IMG/VR virus record: IMGVR_UViG_3300023213_000432 | Location: 32,001 to 96,000 of that record | Strand: one strand, 5' to 3' | DNA length: 64,000 bases | Source of the DNA: a virus | Taxonomy: Duplodnaviria > Caudoviricetes | Shown: positions 56,860 to 64,000 of the stretch, piece by piece | Layout: each line of letters opens with the position of its first letter | How positions within the stretch are numbered: the first letter of the stretch is position 1 | Notes under the pieces: model-generated | What the model saw: only the letters and a program-made list of their open reading frames with translations | Database searches by the model: none | Told to the model about the DNA's origin: nothing | Position numbers and translations under genes: made by a program

Positions 56860-57912
56860 ATGTCGGATTTCAACGCCATAGTAGTTAAGCTCGGAAAGAT
56901 CGATCCGCTTCCCAATTCTGATTTTTTGGAAATCACTACTGTGATGGGGGAGTTTCCTGTAATTATTAAAAGGGGACAATATCGTGAGGGACAGCTGGTA
57001 AGCTTTATACCTCACGACGCAGTTTGTCCTGATACAAAAATGTTCCACTTCTTAGCACCTCCTCCTAAGAAAGATGCTGATGGAAATATTATTAAACCTA
57101 CGCCACCTGTAGGAGAAGTGTTGATCAAAAATCGTACTATTAGGGCCAAGAAAATACGCGGGACGTATTCGGAGGGACTTATTGTGGATGCTCCGCCTGA
57201 TTTCAAGGAAGGAGATAGTATCATTGAATATTTTGGGTTAACCAAGCGCGTTTATGAAGAAGAACTTCCTGAGCGTGGTGGGAGAAACGAAGTGGCACCA
57301 ACCACTTTCCAACTCTTCAAATATGATCTGGAAGGCTTTGCCAAGTATGGATATGTGTTTGAGGATGGCGAAGAAGTTTTGATCACCGAAAAGATTGAAG
57401 GTGAAAATTGTGCTATCGTCTATGCAGAAGATCGACTTTGGGTTAGAAGCCGTAACTGGTTTAAAAAAGACGAACCTGATAGTCATTGGTGGGAACTTCC
57501 TCGAAGGCTCAATCTAGTAGAAAAATTGAAAGAACTGCCGGAGCTGTGTTTGTTTTTAGAGTTGTATGGTGCTGTTCGGGGATGGAAATACGATTGCCAA
57601 GTTATCAACAGCAAGATCCAACGAAACGGTAGAATTTTTGATGTTTGGGACATTAAGAAGAAAAAGTTTTTGGAATGGAAAGAAGTTCAAAGCATTGCTA
57701 AGCAGATTGGAATGGAGACCGTTCCTATTTTGTATCAAGGCGGCTGGAAGACGGATCGATCTCTTCACGCTCTTGCTGAAGGTAAATCAACAATCGGAGA
57801 ATGTGTTCGTGAAGGCTGGGTAATGCGCAGTATTCCCGAAGGATGGCATGAAAAACTTGGCAGAAAGATCGTGAAACTCAAAGGAAGAGATTATAAGATT
57901 ATCAAAGGTTAA
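56860..57912 (+). CDS. ATP-dependent RNA ligase, Rnl2/DRB0094 family
   Basis: N-terminal I.PLPNSDFLE..G domain; motif I TEKIEG, III FLELYG, IIIa IFDV, IV REGWV, V KLKG. Confidence 0.88.
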   Translation: MSDFNAIVVKLGKIDPLPNSDFLEITTVMGEFPVIIKRGQYREGQLVSFIPHDAVCPDTKMFHFLAPPPKKDADGNIIKPTPPVGEVLIKNRTIRAKKIRGTYSEGLIVDAPPDFKEGDSIIEYFGLTKRVYEEELPERGGRNEVAPTTFQLFKYDLEGFAKYGYVFEDGEEVLITEKIEGENCAIVYAEDRLWVRSRNWFKKDEPDSHWWELPRRLNLVEKLKELPELCLFLELYGAVRGWKYDCQVINSKIQRNGRIFDVWDIKKKKFLEWKEVQSIAKQIGMETVPILYQGGWKTDRSLHALAEGKSTIGECVREGWVMRSIPEGWHEKLGRKIVKLKGRDYKIIKG

Positions 57913-57917
57913 TTCGC

Positions 57918-58196
57918 ATGCTTAAACTCAACAAAAACCAGCAAAATAAAGAATCCATCTTCAAGATTATAGATAGAATTGTCAATGAGTGTATTCTTTC
58001 TGCTAAGTCAGATAAAGCTAAAAAATGTTTAATGAGAACTGTGGTGGCGGTTGAAAACATTGGAGAAGGTGTTGCTAAATTAAAGGAAATGGTGGAAGAT
58101 GCTTATTCTTTATCTGGCGCCCTTTCTACTGTGAAACATGATCGGTTCTCTAAATGTCAGGATCATTTAGAACGTGCCCGCCAAGAATTGGAGTGA
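57918..58196 (+). CDS. hypothetical protein
   Basis: 92-aa ORF. Confidence 0.5.
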   Translation: MLKLNKNQQNKESIFKIIDRIVNECILSAKSDKAKKCLMRTVVAVENIGEGVAKLKEMVEDAYSLSGALSTVKHDRFSKCQDHLERARQELE

Positions 58197-58203
58197 TTCA
58201 ATT

Positions 58204-58572
58204 ATGTTTTTTAAAAAACCTAATCTCAAAGATAAAATCGCAGATGCTATAAATTACGTCACCAAAGTCAAAGGATATCAATTAATCGAAAATGAGTGGG
58301 GCTCGGATATAGAAAAGAAATGTTGTGCCCTTGGGTGTGTGCTAGTTGTTAATGGAAAGCCAATAGCTTCTGATCATATCAATATTGATTCTGTTATGAA
58401 ACTGTTGAAGGTAGATAAAGTATGGATACATTGTTTCATGAATGGGTTTGATGGTCTTAGTCGAGATGGAATGCAATCTCTGCCTGATTATATTGATGCG
58501 TTTGAATTAGGAGCTACATTGAGATGCGAGTATCTTAGTCATTTGATTAAAAATAGATCATGTGAGGAGTAG
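58204..58572 (+). CDS. hypothetical protein
   Basis: CCALGC..F..GFD. Confidence 0.55.
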   Translation: MFFKKPNLKDKIADAINYVTKVKGYQLIENEWGSDIEKKCCALGCVLVVNGKPIASDHINIDSVMKLLKVDKVWIHCFMNGFDGLSRDGMQSLPDYIDAFELGATLRCEYLSHLIKNRSCEE

Positions 58573-58574
58573 TC

Positions 58575-58817
58575 ATGGGCATGTGTCTTGAAGAATTTGG
58601 GCGTATTAGTATTGAAGTACGGCGCGAGAGCTTCATCGTTCATACGAACTATGGTTACGACGAATCCGGTGACCGGCACTCCGATCGTGACGGTAACTTT
58701 GGAGTCACTTGGCGTGAGAGTCCGAGTCCAGAATTCTATCTCTCCGATCTCGATGATCTGATCAAAGCGCTCGAAGACGCTCGCCATTACATCAAAAACA
58801 GAAAGAATAAATCATGA
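58575..58817 (+). CDS. hypothetical protein (GC-richer DNA)
   Basis: GAGGAG SD. Confidence 0.55.
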   Translation: MGMCLEEFGRISIEVRRESFIVHTNYGYDESGDRHSDRDGNFGVTWRESPSPEFYLSDLDDLIKALEDARHYIKNRKNKS

Positions 58818-59020
58818 AAAAATTATTTAGTGTATTAATAGTGTTAGCAGTTGGAATCTCGGCATGCACAGTATCAGTGTGCCGACCCGTGGTAAAACGT
58901 TGTCACACGGAATGTTATTCGGTATGTTGCGATCCTGTGTATGGCTATTGTTATGATTGTGATTGTCATCAGGTATGTGTGGATGATTGTGCAGCAGATC
59001 AAATTGATGGTGGAAGATGA
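58814..59020 (+). CDS. small Cys-rich lipoprotein
   Basis: ISAC lipobox; many Cys. Confidence 0.6.
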   Translation: MKKLFSVLIVLAVGISACTVSVCRPVVKRCHTECYSVCCDPVYGYCYDCDCHQVCVDDCAADQIDGGR

Positions 59021-59286
59021 AAGGCAATTGTATTTGCGGTGAACATTTTCGAGACGCGGAAGACTATCGAGATCATTTGCCGTGTCCGGGATCTCCTGAA
59101 GAACAAGCTGTTGTTAAAGAACGCTCTTTAATTGTTAAGTATCTTAAAATGATGCATTTCGAAATACACAAAGAGCCCATTGATTACGCCTTTGCTATCG
59201 AGCGTTGTGAGCACCATAAACTACCTCCTGATAAAAGTGTTCCTATTAAAGAGCTTTCCGAAAAATTAAATGAACCCAAACCGTAG
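59017..59286 (+). CDS. hypothetical protein
   Basis: CICG..DH..C. Confidence 0.5.
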   Translation: MKGNCICGEHFRDAEDYRDHLPCPGSPEEQAVVKERSLIVKYLKMMHFEIHKEPIDYAFAIERCEHHKLPPDKSVPIKELSEKLNEPKP

Positions 59287-60318
59287 AAAACAATGGTGCC
59301 TTATTTTCGGTAAACCAGCATCATCTCATCCTGCTCCGCATCATTATGCTAAGTTTGTTGGAACTCCAGTATTAGATGCCAATCGATTCAATCCACGTCT
59401 CTTCTTTACTAAACTAGAGGCAACAAAGTTTGCTTCTGATTTTGTTAAAAGATATCATAATCGTTGGGAATTGATCGTGCAAAAATATAATCCACGAACA
59501 ACTAAAAATAACCCCACCCAAATCTGTAATTTTTGATAAGGAAGAACGTGTTAGAAAAATTCCGTTTGGCCCCGAATTCTAATCAAAGAAAACAGTGGGG
59601 TGTGGTTTATGGCAAGACAACTCAAGACCATCCTTACCGAAATGATCCTCAACAGTTGCTAAAAGTAGAGCAGAGCAATACAGGAACGTGGGCTATAATG
59701 GCATGCTTCTACACGCGACGGGAAGCTCAAGAGTCCGCACATCGTTATGAGGTTTCCAATCGTTTCTGGCATTTCCTTCCCAAGAAATTTAATTTTCATA
59801 AAGATAATCCGTGGCGCTCCTTCTAAATAAGAAAAAACAGTGGGGCATAGTGTTAGGAGAGCCCACCGCTGATAATAAAGATACAAGTCTCCATATAAAC
59901 AAAATTGGTAAATGGGTTGAAGCATGTGTTTATGCTGGTTGTTGGCTTGTTACTAACGGAGAAAATAAATCTCTCTTTTTTACCAAAAAGGAAGCAGAGG
60001 CGTGTGCCAAAGAACTTTGTCAAAAGAATCGTCTATGGACGTATATAGCTAAGAAATTTAACCCTCACAAAAATAATTATGAATCCCAACCGAAAATTTA
60101 ATTGGACGATTGTTGCTTTTGAAGTTGGCGGTATCGTTTTTGACGGATATTGTGGCGATCCTGATAATGAAGGACAAGGACTTAGCGTTATTAAAACATC
60201 CATTCTATTTTATACTCGCAAGGCTGCCCGGAAGGTGGCTTACAAGTGGAATAGAGAAAATAATATGTCCGACTATAAATTTAAACCCGCTAAATATAAT
60301 CCAAGACAAGATACATGA
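59270..60318 (+). repeat. four tandem family C genes (59270-59536, 59533-59826, 59811-60101, 60079-60318)
   Basis: Each has KQW/FNW...(F/Y)T(K/R)xEA...W...K(Y/F)N(P/F). Confidence 0.7.
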
Positions 60319-60569
60319 ACCTTAACGAAACTATTCGTTATCCTAATGGCACTGTTTGTGTCGTTAAGAACGGTAAAGTATTCCATATTCACTACCATAA
60401 TGGAGATAAGATATGGTTTGACACCCACGGCAAGGTGATCAAATTGGAAACCCATGATGGTATTTTTTGGAAAGAATCTGACAATCGATTTTTCAATGCT
60501 AATGTTTTTGGAGTTGTTTTGATGGTTATCATTTTTGGATATTTGTTTGTTAGAGGTTTCTTTCTTTAA
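60315..60569 (+). CDS. hypothetical protein, C-terminal TM
   Basis: ATGA overlap. Confidence 0.5.
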   Translation: MNLNETIRYPNGTVCVVKNGKVFHIHYHNGDKIWFDTHGKVIKLETHDGIFWKESDNRFFNANVFGVVLMVIIFGYLFVRGFFL

Positions 60570-60570
60570 A

Positions 60571-60825
60571 ATGAACGTTCGAACTTTTATTGCTATTTCT
60601 GAGGCTCCTACCGCTGATGAAGCTTTTACTCAAGCTAAACAGGATGCCCAAAATTATGAAGACGATAGTGGAGAAGTTGGATCCATTGTAGGTAAAACAT
60701 CTTTATATATTGCAGGCGCCCAAAATGCCATCACGAGCAAGAAAAGCCGCCCGAATTTGGTTGAACAATGCTTTTCAAAACAAAGAAGAAATTTTTATCT
60801 CGACTTGATGTTCGAGATTAAATAA
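60571..60825 (+). CDS. hypothetical protein
   Basis: ORF. Confidence 0.45.
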   Translation: MNVRTFIAISEAPTADEAFTQAKQDAQNYEDDSGEVGSIVGKTSLYIAGAQNAITSKKSRPNLVEQCFSKQRRNFYLDLMFEIK

Positions 60826-60864
60826 GAGGCAATCAAGCCTTTTGATGTATTATGGAGAAAAATT

Positions 60865-61212
60865 ATGGATAAACATACAATTCGCAACGACAAAGGCGAG
60901 ATCGATATTAATGCGTCTGTTAATGAATACTCTAAAGCGCTCTCGCTTTGGGTAAAAGAAAACGAAGTTAACCAAGACGAGATCTCTAAAGCAATGGACA
61001 CGATATTGGATCGATTTGATCTTTTGCCTATTCAGATGTTGGTTCAGGAAACGGTGCAGGAATTAAATCCAACGCCTGAGAAATTCAACGTTCTGAAGAA
61101 ACAGGTGCAAGGATTTATTAAAGCCCAGCGAGAGATTGGTGTTTTAATGGTTAAGACTGGAAAACATGGTGGTATTCATCGAACTCAGATAGAAGATAAA
61201 ACGAGCAGTTGA
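60865..61212 (+). CDS. hypothetical protein, paralog of 18896-19240
   Basis: GGAG SD; shared motifs. Confidence 0.65.
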   Translation: MDKHTIRNDKGEIDINASVNEYSKALSLWVKENEVNQDEISKAMDTILDRFDLLPIQMLVQETVQELNPTPEKFNVLKKQVQGFIKAQREIGVLMVKTGKHGGIHRTQIEDKTSS

Positions 61213-61303
61213 TAAAGACAAAGGAGGTAAAACGGATCATCATAGTTAAAGAGCGTGTCCGTTCCCTGCCTCCCTTTCTTTAGAATACAAAGGAGAGCAA
61301 ATA

Positions 61304-62050
61304 ATGGAAACTAAAAAAGTATATTCAGTTTGGGCAGAATTAAAAGATGGATCAAAAAACGGTTATTGGCTTAATGATGCTGAGTGGAAATTTGAAAGTA
61401 TCGCAGATGCCCAAGATTGTGCGCAAAGATTTAACCGTTACTATCCTGACAGGAATTATCGAGCGAGAGAATATGAGGATTCGAAGTCATGAAGAAGTAT
61501 GCAATTTGGGTAGAATACAAAGATGGCTCGGCAAATGGTCGTTGGTTTCTGGAGTTTAATGGTCGTTTGGAATTTGACGATATCTCGAAAGCTAAAGATT
61601 ATGTCGCTCAACTCAACGAGTATTATGACGCTGTTCAGGTTCAAGTTAGAGAATGTGAGGAATTAAAATCATGAAGAAGTATGGAATTTGGGTAGAGTAC
61701 AAAGACAATTCAAAAAACGGTCGTTGGTATCTAAGTAATGGTCGGTTGGAATTTGACAATATCTCAGAAGCTAAAGATTATATCGCTTCACTCAACGAGT
61801 ATTATCACATCATACATTACCAAGTTAGAGAATGCGAGGAATTAAAGCCATGAAGAAATATGCAATTTGGATAGAAGACAAAGCCGGCTTAACAAATGGT
61901 AAGTGGTTTAGATCTCCCCATGCATTATTTGAATCAATCGCAGATGCTGAGAGACTTGCTGAACTTTCCAATTGCCAATCCGACAATTTCTATTATTATC
62001 AAGCGAGAGAGTACCAAGCGGATTACTGTCAGTCAATTACCAATGACTAA
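61304..62050 (+). repeat. four tandem family B genes (61304-61492, 61489-61674, 61671-61853, 61850-62050)
   Basis: MKKY(A/G)IW.E.KD..NG.W...FE/D.I..A......Y.(A/V)RE; ATGA-coupled. Confidence 0.8.
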
Positions 62051-62386
62051 AGTCCTTGGCTTGTCGCTCATCCTACCATAAGCAGGAGATTATTTTTTAA
62101 TGGCAACAATAGGCTGATTGACAGCAGCCCTTAATAAAGTTTGGCGTTTCTAATAGCGACCTTTTAGAAAACCGTTTGCTTATTCAATCATAAATGATCG
62201 AGTTAAGTGCCTTCTAGGTCTCGATTCGCTAAACGTAGGATAATAATTTTCTAACGCATATCTTACCTCTTTCTGTATTTGGATAGCAAAAGATATATAA
62301 CCATCATTCTGAAGTTTTTAAGAAAAAAGAAAGGAAAAAGCAATTCCTCCCATGATTAAAATCATGGGCTTCTTTGCTAATAGATC
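62032..62386 (-). mobile_element. non-autonomous IS200/IS605 element with a TnpB-type 3' remnant and reRNA
   Basis: Minus strand: LE CCCATGATTTTAATCATGGGAGGAATTG shared with the IsrB elements; remnant RAAVNQPIVA-like TnpB tail; RE ..GTAATTGAC. Confidence 0.75.
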
Positions 62387-62782
62387 GTGATTCGTTCCCA
62401 AATTCTCACTTTATGTGTTGCTATTCGAAAAGCCTGCTTGAACATTGGTTTTGATAGAGATTTGAATGGAGCTTGTGCCATCGCTTCTTATTTTCTTCAT
62501 TATAAACTTCATAGTCTAAAAGTTAAATCAAAATTCATTCAAGGAGAATATGAGGGATTGGCTCATTGTTGGGTGGAAATTGGAAACGCTATTGTAGATA
62601 TTACTGCTGTTCAATTTAGCGTGGATACTGATTTTTTATTGGTTGATGCCTTGGATGCTCGGTATAATTCGACAGTTAAGAGATATATAAAGGATAATTT
62701 GAAATCCTGGCCCGAAAAGCAGAAACCAGAGAACTATTGCGGGACATGGGTAAATGATAAGTTGAAACTGGTTAGGAGATAA
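62387..62782 (+). CDS. transglutaminase/papain-like fold protein (putative Cys-His-Asp)
   Basis: GACAIAS..AHCWVE..VDITA.QF. Confidence 0.5.
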   Translation: MIRSQILTLCVAIRKACLNIGFDRDLNGACAIASYFLHYKLHSLKVKSKFIQGEYEGLAHCWVEIGNAIVDITAVQFSVDTDFLLVDALDARYNSTVKRYIKDNLKSWPEKQKPENYCGTWVNDKLKLVRR

Positions 62783-62784
62783 AT

Positions 62785-62979
62785 ATGGATTTAGTGGAAT
62801 TGGAAGACGCAATTCAGGACTTGTTGGCGCCTGACTTTGAAATAACGATAGATAAACATGGACAAGTAATTATCCTCACTGGACTTCGAATTGATGATGA
62901 AAGTGGAGAACTAGTGCCCTTTGAGGAAGAGGAATTAGAGTTGCCAGAAGATGAAGACGACGAAGATGAGGACGATTAA
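62785..62979 (+). CDS. acidic hypothetical protein
   Basis: AGGAG SD. Confidence 0.55.
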   Translation: MDLVELEDAIQDLLAPDFEITIDKHGQVIILTGLRIDDESGELVPFEEEELELPEDEDDEDEDD

Positions 62980-63169
62980 ATTTTGTTTGTTATTTTTGAT
63001 GAGTTGTAATGATTTTAGCTTTGGTTCGATGGATTCCAATGCCAACTATCCTCGTCAAAAACCAACTACTATTGATGGACATTGCACCAATGATGAGCAA
63101 TGTGGGGAGGGATTAGTGTGTTGGAAACAAGGAGATAATTATGTGGGAGTGTGCGCCAGCGTAAGATAA
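62966..63169 (+). CDS. small Cys-rich lipoprotein
   Basis: FLMSC lipobox; CTNDEQCGEGLVC. Confidence 0.55.
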   Translation: MRTIKFCLLFLMSCNDFSFGSMDSNANYPRQKPTTIDGHCTNDEQCGEGLVCWKQGDNYVGVCASVR

Positions 63170-63430
63170 TTGTTAGGTATTGATTTTTCCACCATGAAAA
63201 CCAAAAAGAAACCCAAAATCCCACGCAATCCATATGTTCTTCCAGCTCGAAAACGTAACGGAGCAGGCTCTCATAAACCTAAAAAGCCTATTACTAAAAA
63301 ACAAGATATTAAAGAACGATTAGATGATACCTAACTGGGAAGATGTGGTTTGGTGGGGTTTGATTTGTTTGCTAGCTGGAGCTATTTTTGGATTGATGAT
63401 TTTTAGCAATAGGTAAAAGGAGAAATAGCC

Positions 63431-63841
63431 ATGCAGTATTGGTGGTTAGTTGGATTAACAATTTTAGGTTGGAGCGCCGGCGCGACCGCTTGTAAGGTAG
63501 CGACTAACTATGTGTCTCCCTTAATGCTTGCAGCAATTACGACAGGTATTTATGTTTTGCTGATGCCATTTCTGTTTGTCTTTATTAAGTTTGATCGAAC
63601 AGTTAATGCGGTTGGAATTGGTTATTCAGTGCTTGGCGCTTTGTGTATGGCGCTTGGTTCAGTTTTCTATTTTTTCGCTTTACAGAAAGGAGATGCGGGA
63701 ATCACCACATTACTAGCTGGGATTTACCCATCGCTGACTTTATTGTTATCATGTTTATTTTTAGGTGAGCCAATTACAGTAAAGAAGGTAGTAGGTTTTT
63801 TGGTAGTGTTGTTAGGATCGTTCATTTTGACGAGAGGATGA
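63431..63841 (+). CDS. EamA/DMT-family transporter (single domain)
   Basis: Five TM helices; YFFALQKG....YPSLTLLLSCLFLGEPIT..K..G. Confidence 0.85.
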   Translation: MQYWWLVGLTILGWSAGATACKVATNYVSPLMLAAITTGIYVLLMPFLFVFIKFDRTVNAVGIGYSVLGALCMALGSVFYFFALQKGDAGITTLLAGIYPSLTLLLSCLFLGEPITVKKVVGFLVVLLGSFILTRG

Positions 63842-63860
63842 TGTGGAAAAGAGGAAATGA

Positions 63861-64000
63861 TTACTTAACAAACGCCCAGCATTGACCAGTTTTTATGCGT
63901 AATATAGTTGATTGTCCAACACCATATTGAGCAGCAATTGTTGTCGCTGGTATTCCTTGTGCTAACAGCACCCTAATCTCTCTAACCTTGTCTTCTGTTA
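63861..64000 (-). CDS. partial gene: C-terminal HTH of a homing-type (HNH/NUMOD) endonuclease
   Basis: TEDKVREIRVLLAQG..TIAAQYGVGQSTILRIKTGQCW; runs off the window. Confidence 0.6.
   Translation of the reverse strand, partial: TEDKVREIRVLLAQGIPATTIAAQYGVGQSTILRIKTGQCWAFVK

Noticed and set aside
431-62081. Numerous 60-190 aa antisense or nested ORFs in the ORF track (e.g. 431-844, 7648-8076, 19250-19816, 48717-49139, 56599-57048)
   Set aside because: They overlap better-supported + strand genes or structured non-coding DNA and show no motifs; treated as shadows
1-64000. Genome-wide TAG-to-Gln recoding
   Set aside because: ORFs of 600-900 aa are intact in the standard code, and several TAG stops are followed by SD/start of the next gene out of frame (e.g. 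5038, 58572)

Overview
This window looks like the accessory or early region of a large tailed phage genome. It is AT-rich and very gene-dense, almost all genes are on the + strand, ATGA/GTGA/TAATG stop-start overlaps are common, and most ORFs are short hypothetical proteins in several paralog families. No structural, replication-core or bacterial housekeeping genes are recognisable. The phage call and a diderm, possibly Myxococcota-like, host are inferences. Main contents: (1) a Ro60/Rsr (TROVE-vWA) gene bracketed by four Y-RNA-like elements, one full tRNA-mimic YrlA and three minimal ~65-70 nt hairpins with covarying stems; a cREC-type receiver, a metallophosphoesterase and an Rnl2/DRB0094-type RNA ligase lie elsewhere in the window. 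(2) Many IS200/IS605 OMEGA elements: an IsrB element with its omegaRNA, two ORF-less omegaRNA copies, one partial copy, two 46-47 bp solo-hairpin scars, a complete tnpA+tnpB element, two TnpB-type MITEs and an orphan end. The IsrB-family copies and the 62032 MITE end immediately before ATGA/GTGA, usually a start codon. (3) A five-member modular protein family with variable SH3/KOW-like repeat arrays and one conserved ~110-aa helical C-terminal domain of unknown function. (4) An exact 18-mer repeated in three intergenic sites. (5) Homing-type nucleases (LAGLIDADG, HNH), a subtilase, two zincin proteases, a protease-inhibitor-like protein, a VapE-like and an AAA+ ATPase, beta-barrel-like proteins, lipoproteins and an EamA transporter. 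All calls come from reading motifs by eye; no database searches were run. Several start codons were moved downstream of the ORF-track start to fit overlaps and SD sites.
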